The translations under genes and the position numbers were made by a program. Below the pieces are notes generated by a model. It made no database searches and was not told the origin of the DNA. It worked only from the letters and a program-made list of their open reading frames with translations. Below, in pieces: positions 37,066 to 47,434 of a stretch of 64,000 bases of DNA (the stretch's first letter is position 1; every line of letters begins with the position of its first letter). The DNA is taken from contig CAYRCK010000010.1 of assembly GCA_964422745.1 (NCBI GenBank), positions 11,136 to 75,135 on the forward strand. The letters run 5' to 3'. The stretch is from an uncultured bacterium (GTDB taxonomy: Bacteria; Krumholzibacteriota; Krumholzibacteriia; Krumholzibacteriales; Krumholzibacteriaceae).

Positions 37066-38322
37066 TCAGTCCTTCTTCAAGTAGATGCTCCCGTTCACCG
37101 TCTTGATCCTTATCGTGTGCTTTCCGCCGCGCACGCTGCCGGTCCCGTATACATACTTCTTCTTCTCACCACGCCACCAGCTCCCCTCCCACTCGGATGT
37201 CCTCTCGATATCGATGTCGAAATCACTCACTATCTTGTAATTCCTTCTGCTGCTCTTCGTATATGCGATCTCCACGTCGAACTCCATCGACAGATCCTCC
37301 GGGACGACGAGCTCGATATCACCTCCCATGGAGGTTATCTCCACGTCCCTTCTCCCCCTGTCCGGGTCCCCCACCATCCTGACTTCCACATCCCCTCCCA
37401 TCGTAGTGGCCTTCACCCATCCGTCGACCGCATCCACCTCTATATCGCCGCCCATCGTGTGCGCCACGACGTAGCCTCCCGCCGAATGTATGCTCACATC
37501 ACCGCCCATCGTCTTGACTTTCGCCCCGGAAGGCGCCTTATCCACATTGATGTCCCCTCCCATCGTGGTCACATTCACCTCTTCACCCTCAGAGATATCG
37601 ATATCGCCTCCGAACGTCTTCGCCTTCACCTTCCTACCCGGGTGGCCCGCCTCTATATCACCGCCGAATGTTGTGATACTGATCTCCTTGTCGCCGGACT
37701 TATCCTTACGTCCGGTGACGTTTTTGTATACAACCTTTCCCCCCATAGTCGATCCTTCCAGATCGCCTGTCACATCCTCGATAACGACGCGCCCTCCCAT
37801 CGTCTTCACCCTGCCGTCCAGCTCGGAATCATGCACGGATACGTCTCCGCCCATCGTCGTAAAGCGCAGGTCGCCCTTCAATCTCTCGAATTCCAGATCA
37901 CCGCCCATCGTCTTACCTTTGATATCACCCTCAACGCCGGCGATAAGGACATCCCCGCCGCAGGTTTCGACGCTCAGGTCGAACCTTTCGGGAACCATGA
38001 TCTCGACCTCGAGATCGCTGCTCCGGTTCCTTCTTCGTCCGGAATACTCAATGTCGATCTCGAGCCCGCGTGACCCGGTGTCGAATTCAACTTCCACATC
38101 ATCCCGATCCCTCCCGCGGATCGAGATCCTCACACCAACCAGGCTCTTATCCCATCCCTTGATCTCCATGTCACCGCCGGTGTCGATGTAGAGCTCGAGA
38201 TTACCTCCCCTCTCCATCTCGAATTCCCTCTCGATAACCCTTTCACGTCCGGCAAATATGCTCTCCGGGGTGCAGATCCCCAAAAGCAAAACGATCAATA
38301 ACGCAGATAACAGCCTGTTCAT
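37066..38322 (-). CDS. DUF4097-like beta-strand repeat protein, secreted
   Basis: Signal peptide from MNRLLSALL (ATG 38322); many T(M/F)GGD repeats; ends KTVNGSIYL. Confidence 0.85.
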   Translation of the reverse strand: MNRLLSALLIVLLLGICTPESIFAGRERVIEREFEMERGGNLELYIDTGGDMEIKGWDKSLVGVRISIRGRDRDDVEVEFDTGSRGLEIDIEYSGRRRNRSSDLEVEIMVPERFDLSVETCGGDVLIAGVEGDIKGKTMGGDLEFERLKGDLRFTTMGGDVSVHDSELDGRVKTMGGRVVIEDVTGDLEGSTMGGKVVYKNVTGRKDKSGDKEISITTFGGDIEAGHPGRKVKAKTFGGDIDISEGEEVNVTTMGGDINVDKAPSGAKVKTMGGDVSIHSAGGYVVAHTMGGDIEVDAVDGWVKATTMGGDVEVRMVGDPDRGRRDVEITSMGGDIELVVPEDLSMEFDVEIAYTKSSRRNYKIVSDFDIDIERTSEWEGSWWRGEKKKYVYGTGSVRGGKHTIRIKTVNGSIYLKKD

Positions 38323-38556
38323 CGCCTTTTCCCTTCTCCACGCGTATGCCATGTAATGTTTCGCCACACCGGCCCACTCTTCACCCTCCAGCATCAGCAG
38401 GAGAGATCGAGTTTCACTGATCACCCATTTTCGTTTATGCTAGTAATACGGATCGCCTTCCAGCATTGTTTCACGGACGATTCCGAACCTTTGGGCTTTC
38501 AAGAGCGGCCTCACCGGTGGTACAATCGCCTTATCCGGCAGGAGTGATATCTACAC

Positions 38557-40305
38557 ATGTGTGCGACGAGATCAAAGATACGCATAGGGCTCGCCCAGGT
38601 TAACCCCACAGTGGGTGATCTCGCCGGAAACCTGGGCATGGTCAGACGGATGATAGGAGAGGCAAAGAGAGCGGGCGTTCAGCTGCTGGCCTTCCCCGAG
38701 CTCGTTCTATGCGGCTATCCCCCCGAGGATCTCCTGCTCAAGCCGAGCTTTCTCAGAGACTGCGAAGCGGTCCTGCATGAGGCCGCACGCACCGCAAGGG
38801 GGATCGCCGTCATCGTCGGATCCCCCGAACCCCCCACAGCTCCGGGGGAGGAGCTCCACAACGACGCGTGCATCCTCTTTCGTGGAAAGATCGCGGCACG
38901 CTACAGGAAGATCTACCTTCCCAATTACGGTGTTTTCGACGAAAAGCGGTATTTCGGACCTGGGGACAGGGCGCTGGTGGCAGGATTCGGCCGTGTGCGT
39001 ATAGGAGTCAATATCTGCGAGGACATCTGGGCCGAGAACGGCCCGATGCCGGCTCAGGTATTCGAGGGGGGCGCAGGGGTTGTGATCAATATTTCCGCTT
39101 CTCCCTACCACAGGCGGAAGGGCCCCGAGAGGGAAAGGTTGATGAGGCGCAGGGCCCGGGAAAACCACTCGTACCTATGTTATGTGAACCTGCTCGGAGG
39201 CCAGGACGAGCTGGTCTTCGACGGCGGAAGCGTGATCATGTCGCCGGACGGCGAATGTGTGGCACGCGGCAGGCCGTTCGAGGAAGATCTGATAATCGCC
39301 GATATCACTCCGCCTCCCGCGAGTCACGACCCGGACAGGGCCCGCCTGCGAGGCTGCAAGCACCCCATAGAGCTGGTCGATCTCCCGGACCTGCCCGGAC
39401 GTCGTCCCGTACGTTCCGGAAGAAGGAGAATGCCGGAGCATCCGGCTCCAGACGAGGAGCTCTACAGGGCGCTCGTTCTCGGCACGAGGGATTATACCGA
39501 TAAAAACCGTTTCAAGGGAGTCACCATCGGCCTCAGTGGAGGTATCGACTCCGCACTCACCGCCTCTATCGCCGTCGATGCCCTCGGATGCGACCGTGTT
39601 CTGGGGATCACCATGCCCTTCACCTACACATCGGACCTGACACTGCGCGATTCGAGGATCCTTGCTGAAAACCTGGGGATCCGCCTGCTCGAAATCCCCA
39701 TCACCGATCACTACAGGGCATACGTCGATTCGCTTCGCGAAGCTTTCCGTGGCACCGCCCGGGACTCGACGGAGGAGAACATCCAGGCACGCGTGCGGGG
39801 CAACATCCTCATGGCCGTTTCGAACAAGTTCGATCTGCTGGTCCTGACAACGGGGAACAAGAGTGAGATCGCGGTCGGATACTGCACGTTATACGGCGAT
39901 ATGGCAGGCGGGTTCGCGGTTCTCAAGGATGTACCCAAGACCCTTGTGTATTCACTCTGCCGTTACAGAAACAGGGCGGCAGGCCGGAAGCTCATACCGG
40001 CCTCGATCATACGCCGTAAACCGTCCGCGGAGCTGAGGCCCGGTCAGCTCGATGAGGATACGCTCCCCCCCTACGGAACACTGGACAGGATCGTGGAGCT
40101 GTACGTCGAGCATGATCTGTCATTCGATGAGATCACGGAAAAGGGGCTTGATCCGGATGCCGTAGAGTGGACGATCAGGATGATCGACAGGAACGAATAC
40201 AAGCGCAGGCAGGGGCCTCCGGGCATCAAGATCACCCCGAAAGCCTTCGGCAGGGACCGCAGGATGCCGATTACAAGCAGGTACGCTGGCTCGCGTAGGG
40301 GATGA
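38557..40305 (+). CDS. nadE: Glutamine-dependent NAD+ synthetase
   Basis: Nitrilase domain (FPEL, Y.VFDEKRYF, ICEDIW) plus GLSGGIDS, EN.QAR.R, TTGNKSE, YGD, SAELRPGQ.D, EYKRRQ.P. Confidence 0.95.
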   Translation: MCATRSKIRIGLAQVNPTVGDLAGNLGMVRRMIGEAKRAGVQLLAFPELVLCGYPPEDLLLKPSFLRDCEAVLHEAARTARGIAVIVGSPEPPTAPGEELHNDACILFRGKIAARYRKIYLPNYGVFDEKRYFGPGDRALVAGFGRVRIGVNICEDIWAENGPMPAQVFEGGAGVVINISASPYHRRKGPERERLMRRRARENHSYLCYVNLLGGQDELVFDGGSVIMSPDGECVARGRPFEEDLIIADITPPPASHDPDRARLRGCKHPIELVDLPDLPGRRPVRSGRRRMPEHPAPDEELYRALVLGTRDYTDKNRFKGVTIGLSGGIDSALTASIAVDALGCDRVLGITMPFTYTSDLTLRDSRILAENLGIRLLEIPITDHYRAYVDSLREAFRGTARDSTEENIQARVRGNILMAVSNKFDLLVLTTGNKSEIAVGYCTLYGDMAGGFAVLKDVPKTLVYSLCRYRNRAAGRKLIPASIIRRKPSAELRPGQLDEDTLPPYGTLDRIVELYVEHDLSFDEITEKGLDPDAVEWTIRMIDRNEYKRRQGPPGIKITPKAFGRDRRMPITSRYAGSRRG

Positions 40306-40346
40306 TCCCGACTTGTCGGCCCGCCGTCACCAATCCACCGGAAATA

Positions 40347-41600
40347 TCAAACAACGAACTCGTCCGGCACATTCCCGATCCTGGCCACATCCTCGATCCT
40401 GGCCTTGACATCGAATCCCATCGCACAATCGACCCTGCAGTGAGAGCACTCACTGCACGCTATTTTCGAAAGATCGACTCCGGCAAGCGCCTCCTTGGCC
40501 GAACCCAGGTTCCTGTAGCCGTATACATACATGTAGCTCCTCATCAGCAGCGGAATGTCCATTCCCTTTGCGCACTGTGGGATGCATCTGCCGCACTGCT
40601 GGCAGTAGAGGCCCGGCTCGCCCAGCCGCCGGCCGAGCTGCAAATCCTCCTTCTCTTCGGGGGTGAGGGAGATATCCTCCATGACGGACAGATCGGCCTC
40701 CAACTGATCGAAGGTCGTCATGCCCGGTATCGCCGTATGAACGTACTCTTTCCGAAGCGCCCACTTCAGCGCCGCCTTCATGTTGATCGGATTTTGCCTT
40801 TCGGCGTCCCAGAAAACACCCGCTTGGGTTTTCATCACGACAACCCCCAACCCGGCGGCATGCGCCTCGGCCATCGCCTTTTCCACCTCTTCTACATGAG
40901 GCTGGCGGAAGTTGTACGCGGTGAGGACCACATCGTGCACTCCGCTTTCTACAGCCGCCCTTATCACCTCGGGCTCGTTCGAGTGGGTGGAAACTCCGAT
41001 GAAGCGTGTCTTCCCCTCCTTCTTGAGCTTCTGCATCGCCGACAGGAACGTCTCGAACAGTACCGACTCCCTCTTGACGACACTGTGAAGGTAAAGTATA
41101 TCAACGTATTCCAGCCCCAGCCTGCCAAGGCTGGCCTCGAACTTCTCGATGAACGGCCCCGCCTTCGCCCCCTTCTTGAAGAGCCCCGTCTTCCTGTCCT
41201 CCGGGGATCCCGCGACCTTCGTCGCAATCACGAACGAATCGCGTGGACGACCCTTGATCACGCCGCCGATCATCTCTTCGTTCCTTCCTCCCTGATAGCC
41301 GTTGGCCGTGTCCAGGAGCACTATCCCCGCATCGAGCGCCGCCCTTACAAGCTCAGGATTGTTAACATGCCCCACTCCCATGCTCACAACCGGCAGCTTG
41401 ATGCCGGTCTTTCCCAGGGTTCTGAATACCGCCTTGGTTCTCCTACCGGTCCCCGCTTCATCATCCCGGTTACCTGTGCCCAGCATTGATGGAAGAACGG
41501 CCATGCCGGCCATCCCGCTCAGCCCCTTTTTCAAAAAGCTTCTACGGCTCTCGCTCGTCTCTTTCTTTCTCACAATCGGCCTCCCGGTGTTACTGCACAT
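40347..41600 (-). CDS. Tat-signal aldo/keto reductase with C-terminal Fe-S cysteine clusters (COG1453-like)
   Basis: SRRSFLK; FRTLGKTG; DTANGY; IATK; GVSTH; MKTQAG; CQQCGRC..QC and CSECSHC..DC. Confidence 0.88.
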   Translation of the reverse strand: MCSNTGRPIVRKKETSESRRSFLKKGLSGMAGMAVLPSMLGTGNRDDEAGTGRRTKAVFRTLGKTGIKLPVVSMGVGHVNNPELVRAALDAGIVLLDTANGYQGGRNEEMIGGVIKGRPRDSFVIATKVAGSPEDRKTGLFKKGAKAGPFIEKFEASLGRLGLEYVDILYLHSVVKRESVLFETFLSAMQKLKKEGKTRFIGVSTHSNEPEVIRAAVESGVHDVVLTAYNFRQPHVEEVEKAMAEAHAAGLGVVVMKTQAGVFWDAERQNPINMKAALKWALRKEYVHTAIPGMTTFDQLEADLSVMEDISLTPEEKEDLQLGRRLGEPGLYCQQCGRCIPQCAKGMDIPLLMRSYMYVYGYRNLGSAKEALAGVDLSKIACSECSHCRVDCAMGFDVKARIEDVARIGNVPDEFVV

Positions 41601-41625
41601 CCTGGTTGATTCACGGTTCCCCGAC

Positions 41626-42363
41626 CTAACCGCCCCGCAGGTCCCCCAGAGTTAATCTCTCCTTCTCTATGAAACCATCGGGGGCGGAGTAGATTCCAGC
41701 AGGCGGATCCCTCTCCTCCATCTCCACGATCGTCTCCGTCGTCTTGACTCCGAACCCCTTTATGTACATGATCCTTTCGGATGCGATCATGTATCCCCTT
41801 ATCCTCATCATCGATTCCGCGAATTCATCACTGTAGTTACGGAGCCTGAGCAGCTGCTCGTGGATCCTGCCGAACATATCGAGATCGATGGGAACATCGT
41901 CGCTGAAACATGCAGCATCCTCCGTCTCCCTGTACTTTATATCCTCGTACGGAATCCATGTATTGAGCTCGTAGCATCTGCACTTCATTCCACCTATCTC
42001 TTTTTCCCCGCTGCTCTCCCCTATCGTGCCCACGGTTTTATATGCCTCCACCTGCGCAAGCGCCTCTTCCGTAACAAGGGCGGACCAATCCAGCGGCAGT
42101 GCGGTTTCGGCATATGTCGAATCATCCTTGTTGACGAACGTCAGCATCCCCCTCTCCAGGTCCAGGATGATTCTGCGATGAAGGTAATCGTACGACGCCC
42201 TTCCGGCGCCGATCCAAACATCCACGACCCTGTCCACCGGCTCGGTGATCCTGCCGCCGTAGTAGTAGCCGTCCGTATGGATCTCGTGCTTAACGTAGGT
42301 ATCCGCATCGGCCTGCATCGGCAAGATCATAAGGCAGACAACCGCTGAATAGAGTATCTTCAT
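41626..42363 (-). CDS. Secreted DUF4412-like protein
   Basis: Signal peptide; K.IGG.KCRCY; ends F..P.G-like (YSAPDGF). Confidence 0.6.
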   Translation of the reverse strand: MKILYSAVVCLMILPMQADADTYVKHEIHTDGYYYGGRITEPVDRVVDVWIGAGRASYDYLHRRIILDLERGMLTFVNKDDSTYAETALPLDWSALVTEEALAQVEAYKTVGTIGESSGEKEIGGMKCRCYELNTWIPYEDIKYRETEDAACFSDDVPIDLDMFGRIHEQLLRLRNYSDEFAESMMRIRGYMIASERIMYIKGFGVKTTETIVEMEERDPPAGIYSAPDGFIEKERLTLGDLRGG

Positions 42364-42457
42364 GCCTCCTCCTCGATTTGAGTCTTAACTTTCGGATAAC
42401 AACCTGCTCCAAAGCTAGAGGTGCGCTGCCGGCCGGTTTATGCCCGGAGGACATCGA

Positions 42458-43072
42458 TCATCCCCCACCACTTCCGGAGGTATAATACCGCATGATCGGT
42501 CTAGTCTCCGATCGCCGGGCGACCTCTTCGAATCCCACCCGGCGGAAAGCCGAAGCCAATCCGTGGTAGGCGAAGGCATCCGGGATCGCCTTCTTCCTCG
42601 GTTCAACGGCATACCCCTCGACGATCGCCGCGCCCCGGTCGGCTGCATAATCGACGGCCGCCTCGAGAATGGCTATGGATATCCCCCTTCTCCTGTGCTC
42701 CTTCGAGATGAAGAGGCACACTATGGACCAAACCGGCAGATCATCTATCCTCTTGAGAATCCTGGATCGCTCCAGCCTGGGAAAATCCTCTCTCGGAGCC
42801 ACCGAGCACCACCCTACCGCCTCCCCACCGAGATAGGCCAGGATTCCCGGAACCCGGCCCGAATCAACGATCCGCTTCATCCTCTTCTTGTTCGTCGCGC
42901 CTTTCCCCGCCTCGAACTCCTTGTGGGTGAGCCTCCACCACATGCACCAGCATCCCCCGCAGGCCCCCCGGCTCCCGAAGAGGCTCACGAAATCATCCCA
43001 TCTCTCCGGTGTCAGGGGCCTGAACTCCAGATCCGATCCTCCCGGCCCATCGTTCAAGTTTCTCTCCCGCAT
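42458..43072 (-). CDS. GNAT-family N-acetyltransferase
   Basis: CWCMWWR, VGWCSVAPRE, CLFI..HRRRG, VEGY, F…GF. Confidence 0.88.
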   Translation of the reverse strand: MRERNLNDGPGGSDLEFRPLTPERWDDFVSLFGSRGACGGCWCMWWRLTHKEFEAGKGATNKKRMKRIVDSGRVPGILAYLGGEAVGWCSVAPREDFPRLERSRILKRIDDLPVWSIVCLFISKEHRRRGISIAILEAAVDYAADRGAAIVEGYAVEPRKKAIPDAFAYHGLASAFRRVGFEEVARRSETRPIMRYYTSGSGGG

Positions 43073-43103
43073 AACGTCGTTCCCAACGGCCTCGAATTAC
43101 CCG

Positions 43104-45332
43104 TCAAACCAGGCTCCCGGAGAATTCGCTCGCGTTTCTCACGAATATCACCGAGTTGAGCTCCTTCGAGAGCTCGATCAACCTCTCGGCATAATCCCCC
43201 TCTTCCCCGACCTCGGGAATCATCAAACCTATGAATATGATATCCGCGGCACTGCTGTTGATCTGTATTATCTCGCTGATCGTCCTGTCCGGGAATTTGA
43301 CTATCACCTTGGCGTCCGCCTCGATCCTGACCGAACTGATCAGATCGTCGAGGCTCTTCTCCATGCTCTCCTTTTCATCCGCGCTCTCGACAACAGAGTG
43401 CAGCACTATGCTGGCCTTCTCCCACTCGCGATTCATCCTGAGCAGATGCGCCAGCAGGAGCATGAGATCGCCGTTGTACTCCATGCCCCCCCACCAAATG
43501 TCGATTCTTCTCTTGAGCGAGTTCCTGTCCACCCGGGTCAGCCGGGATATAAGCGTGCTCTTTCCAATCCTTGAAATCGTCCTCATGACGCGGAGCTGCG
43601 ATACCAGCTTTTCCTTCTTCGCCGGCCATCCAAGCATGACCGTATTCGAGTGCAGGCCGGCGATGCCGTTCGCCTGAACCGTATTGACGGCCCCGGTCAC
43701 GAAATCCGGAGCCACATTGACGTCACAGAAGGCGAGGATGTCGTTCTTCTTCAAGGTCCTGTTCATCTCCTGTTCCGCCCTGTGAACGTCGAGGGAAGCA
43801 CTATCGAGGTCCCCCTCGATAATCTTGCATGCCGTAATTATTCCGTGCTTCTGATTCAAACAGTTCGCTATGTAGACCAGATCGACCTCTTTCTCCACAT
43901 CCTCCGTGAATGTTATGATATGAGGTCTCCAGTTCCTGGGTTCGATCTGATGTTTCTTTAGTTTCAGAAGCGAGAACCTGGCCATCGAAAGCCACATACC
44001 GGCCCTGACATCCCCCCACCTCTTGCTGAGCGTTTTCTTTCGGAGATAGAAGTAAAGGCATATCACAAGAAAGATCGCTATCCCGCATACCTTCGCGCTC
44101 AGCAGGAACATCACGAACAGCGCACCCGCGGAGCCGAGGAGGGACACGTGCCAGGGAACGTTTATCTTCGGTCTGTACGAAGGATCCCCGACCAGCTTCT
44201 CTATCGCCGCGCTGAAATTGATTATAACATAGAGGGTCAGAAACAGAATGGTCACGAATTGGGCGACGGCGTTGAGGTTCCCCAGCGTCACGGCGGCAAG
44301 GGCTAGTGTCCCGGTGATCCATGTGGAGATGGTCGGCTGACCCTTGCCGGAAAGACGTGCGAGGAATCTCGGGGCAAGCCCGTCCCTGGAAAGAGCCTGA
44401 AGAACCCTCGGTCCGGCGAGCACGCTTCCGAAGGCCGATGATAGTATTGCCCCCCACATGCCCGCGAAGACCAATAGAGGACCGAACAGTGCGGTCGATA
44501 CCCAGGCTCCTATCCCCGGCTCCGCGAGCTCCTCGGCGCTTAGATCACCCGCCAGGGCCAGAAAGAACGGTATGATGACGTAGACCGCGGCCCCCGTCAA
44601 CACGGCCAGCATCGTACCTTTGGGGATACTCCGCCTGGGATCACGCAGGTCTCCGCTCATCCCGATCCCGGCGGTGAATCCCGTGACCGCGGGGAAAAAG
44701 ACCGCGAAGACGTACCAGAATCCCCGGGGAGCCGTCCTGAATGTCGCCTCCATCTCCGGGGCCTTGAGATCGTTCGAGAGAACGCCTATGACCAGGGCCG
44801 CAATCGACAGCCCCACCGCTATTATTATCGGCACCTGGAGCTTCAGGGCGAGAGAGGCGCTTTTGCCGGAAAGCGCCGTAATAACTATGATTATCAAAGC
44901 GGTCAGCAGCTGGATCGTGTGCGGCGGCATCACTCCCAGGCTTGACGGCCAGAGCACCGCGAGGCTCTCCGCCAATCCGAAACTATAGAACGTGATGCTG
45001 AGGGTCCGGCACAGGTATAGGGGTATACCAATCGCCCCTCCGAGCTCTAGCCCCAGGCTGTGGGCTATCAAGTAATACTCCCCGCCGACACCGACCCGCA
45101 TATTCGTGGATATGGCGGACGCGCTCAAACCCGTTATGAATGTGATCGAGCTCGATAGGATAACCACCATAATGGTCAGCGGAAGCCCGAGGTTGCCCAC
45201 GACCCAGCCGAACCTCAGAAACATTATCAGGCCGATTATTGTCAGAACACTCGGTGTGTACACACCGAGGAACGTCCCGAACTTCGGGGCCTCGCCGGCG
45301 GTTTGCACGCCCGCATCCGCGTCAGCGCTCAT
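43104..45332 (-). CDS. SLC12-like cation-chloride cotransporter / APC permease
   Basis: FGTFLGVYTPSVLTIIG, GGEYYLI, FFPAVTGFTAG..MSGDL..P..SIP.GT, C-terminal NWRP domain. Start ATG 45332 preferred. Confidence 0.88.
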   Translation of the reverse strand: MSADADAGVQTAGEAPKFGTFLGVYTPSVLTIIGLIMFLRFGWVVGNLGLPLTIMVVILSSSITFITGLSASAISTNMRVGVGGEYYLIAHSLGLELGGAIGIPLYLCRTLSITFYSFGLAESLAVLWPSSLGVMPPHTIQLLTALIIIVITALSGKSASLALKLQVPIIIAVGLSIAALVIGVLSNDLKAPEMEATFRTAPRGFWYVFAVFFPAVTGFTAGIGMSGDLRDPRRSIPKGTMLAVLTGAAVYVIIPFFLALAGDLSAEELAEPGIGAWVSTALFGPLLVFAGMWGAILSSAFGSVLAGPRVLQALSRDGLAPRFLARLSGKGQPTISTWITGTLALAAVTLGNLNAVAQFVTILFLTLYVIINFSAAIEKLVGDPSYRPKINVPWHVSLLGSAGALFVMFLLSAKVCGIAIFLVICLYFYLRKKTLSKRWGDVRAGMWLSMARFSLLKLKKHQIEPRNWRPHIITFTEDVEKEVDLVYIANCLNQKHGIITACKIIEGDLDSASLDVHRAEQEMNRTLKKNDILAFCDVNVAPDFVTGAVNTVQANGIAGLHSNTVMLGWPAKKEKLVSQLRVMRTISRIGKSTLISRLTRVDRNSLKRRIDIWWGGMEYNGDLMLLLAHLLRMNREWEKASIVLHSVVESADEKESMEKSLDDLISSVRIEADAKVIVKFPDRTISEIIQINSSAADIIFIGLMIPEVGEEGDYAERLIELSKELNSVIFVRNASEFSGSLV

Positions 45333-45348
45333 GATGCCTTCAAACCCA

Positions 45349-45924
45349 TTACATGCTCCGACCCTGTTCCGGCTTCTCCCACAGCACCGTCCGGCTTCTG
45401 GCCACGTCCGGATTACTGACAATCTCGAATCCCGTTTTTGAAGCGGTGGAAACGGTTATCCCGAACTCGTCTTCGGAAATGTGCCCCTTGGGCTCCGCAA
45501 GAAACATACGCCCCCCTTGCTTCAACGCCCGATAAACTTGCGAGAACATGGCCGCCGAGTCCGGAACCTCGTGCGCGACGGCGAAAGCGCACGCGAAATC
45601 CATCTGCCCATCGAGATCTTCGATACCCAGAGAGTCCCGCCCGCAAACGCGCGTTTCGATAATCTCCAGCAGGCCGGCCCTGCGTGCCCGCTTGACGAGA
45701 ACGTCGATCATCCTCTGCTGCACGTCGACACAGATCACCCTGCCCCCCGGCCCGACAATCCTCGCCATCTGAAGGCTGAAGAAACCCATGGCGCATCCTA
45801 TATCGAGAACCTTCATGCCATCGGCAAGGTACGGAGACAGTATCTTTTTCGGATTTTGAACGAGCTTCCTCAAGGGGATGGAAAGAAAATAACCAACCCA
45901 TATAGGGCATACTCCATGTGCCAC
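45349..45924 (-). CDS. Class I SAM-dependent methyltransferase
   Basis: VLDIGCAMGFF, VDVQ..M, HEVPD, LKQGG..AEP; GGAGG RBS before GTG 45924. Confidence 0.88.
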   Translation of the reverse strand: MAHGVCPIWVGYFLSIPLRKLVQNPKKILSPYLADGMKVLDIGCAMGFFSLQMARIVGPGGRVICVDVQQRMIDVLVKRARRAGLLEIIETRVCGRDSLGIEDLDGQMDFACAFAVAHEVPDSAAMFSQVYRALKQGGRMFLAEPKGHISEDEFGITVSTASKTGFEIVSNPDVARSRTVLWEKPEQGRSM

Positions 45925-46110
45925 TGTACCTCCCCGGCAAAACGTCCGGGCACCGGTTCCATCCCTAATCAAAATCAAATCATGTGCATCGGCCTAAAAC
46001 GGCCCTCAAAGCTTATGCCATCGAATAACTCATGTCAACAACCTCCACAACCGCCGGATGGGCAACGGCCTTTGCCCCGGGGCGTCGGGTTCCGAATATT
46101 CTGTTGAGGT

Positions 46111-46138
46111 TGCAACAATTTACACTCGCTTAACGTAA
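46111..46138 (+). promoter_or_regulatory. Possible ECF-sigma (SigW-like) promoter
   Basis: TGCAAC-17 nt-CGTAA. Confidence 0.35.
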
Positions 46139-46149
46139 TATTAACAGAT

Positions 46150-47421
46150 ATGCACGATCGAACCTGGAGGTGGGATATCATGAGGAGAAGTATATGCGCC
46201 GTAGTAGCCGCCGTGCTTGCACTTGCCTTTTCAACAGCGGCTTATGCGGACAACAGCGGGAGAATCCACGGGAAGATAACGACCGTAGACGGAGATGTCT
46301 TCGTCGGCCTTATCAGGTGGGATAAGAACGAGGCATCGTGGATCGACATACTGCACGGAAACAAGGAAATGACGCGGGACAGCAAGAGACGGCATAACAA
46401 GAAGAAATACTACAAGAAGAAATCGATCAAGATATTCGGCATACCTATAGGGCACTCGACGAGCTATTCGTACGACTACGGAGCATCCCAGTCCGGCATG
46501 CGCTTCGGACATATCAAGGCGATAGAGGCCATAGACGACGATGCCGCTCTTATAATCCTCAAATCGGGCCTGAAGGTCGAACTCGAAAGCGGTTCCTCCG
46601 ACGTCGGCGATGCTATCAGGGAGCTTATCATCGAGGATGTGAACGAGGGAGAGATCGAATTCGATTGGGAAGATCTCGAGATGGTCGAGCTCAGCCAGGG
46701 CGATGCAGATCTTGATTCCTACTACGGTGAGCGCCTTTACGGAACGTTGACCACCGATCGTGGTGATGAATTCACGGGATGGGTATGCTGGGACGTGGAC
46801 GAGCTATTCACCGGCGATGTGCTGGACGGCGAACAGAAGCACCGCAACCGCAAGGTGAAGTTCGGGAAGATCGCAGCCATCGAAAGGCACAACTCCGGCG
46901 CTGCGCTGGTTATCATGAAAAACGGAGAGGATATGGTGCTTCGGGGCACCAATGACGTCAACGATTCCAACCGCGGCATAGTCATTTCGGAATACGGCTC
47001 CGGGCAGATCGTAGTGGATTGGGACGAGTTCGAACGGCTGGAATTCAAACAGCCTCCCGCGCCCGAAAGATACGCCGACTTCGATGGCGGACACCGCCTC
47101 AGCGGAACCGTCTTCACGGAAGACGGGGAGGAGTTCACCGGATGGATACGTTGGGATGACGACGAGGAATACTCCTGGGAGATCCTCGACGGCGAGTACC
47201 GCGGCGTGGAATTCGACATCGAGTTCGGAAACATCAAGGCCTTAGAGAGGAAGGGCAGCCGGTCGTCGATCGTTACACTCTGGGACGGGAGAACATACCG
47301 GCTCAGGGGCACAAACGATGTCGACGACGACAACAAGGGGATCTTCATAGAGATGGAGAACGGGGACGAGGAGGAAATCGACTGGTACGATCTGGACAAG
47401 GTGGAATTCTCGAAGAGATAG
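46150..47421 (+). CDS. Secreted protein of unknown function with three ~130-aa repeats
   Basis: Signal peptide (…AAYA); three copies of G…T..G..F.G…WD..E…..L.G; two copies of LRGTNDV.D.N.GI. Confidence 0.75.
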   Translation: MHDRTWRWDIMRRSICAVVAAVLALAFSTAAYADNSGRIHGKITTVDGDVFVGLIRWDKNEASWIDILHGNKEMTRDSKRRHNKKKYYKKKSIKIFGIPIGHSTSYSYDYGASQSGMRFGHIKAIEAIDDDAALIILKSGLKVELESGSSDVGDAIRELIIEDVNEGEIEFDWEDLEMVELSQGDADLDSYYGERLYGTLTTDRGDEFTGWVCWDVDELFTGDVLDGEQKHRNRKVKFGKIAAIERHNSGAALVIMKNGEDMVLRGTNDVNDSNRGIVISEYGSGQIVVDWDEFERLEFKQPPAPERYADFDGGHRLSGTVFTEDGEEFTGWIRWDDDEEYSWEILDGEYRGVEFDIEFGNIKALERKGSRSSIVTLWDGRTYRLRGTNDVDDDNKGIFIEMENGDEEEIDWYDLDKVEFSKR

Positions 47422-47434
47422 CCGCGTCAGGGCC

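Noticed and set aside
35100-38000. DNA-level repeats such as atctacgcccagaggatcga and atgggcgg
   Set aside because: Explained by the protein repeats (DIYAQRID propeller blades; TMGGD units of DUF4097), not by non-coding repeats.
28648-41489. Long antisense ORFs 28648..29838, 32622..33764, 36868..38073 and 40302..41489
   Set aside because: Each lies opposite a well-supported gene and shows no recognisable protein features.
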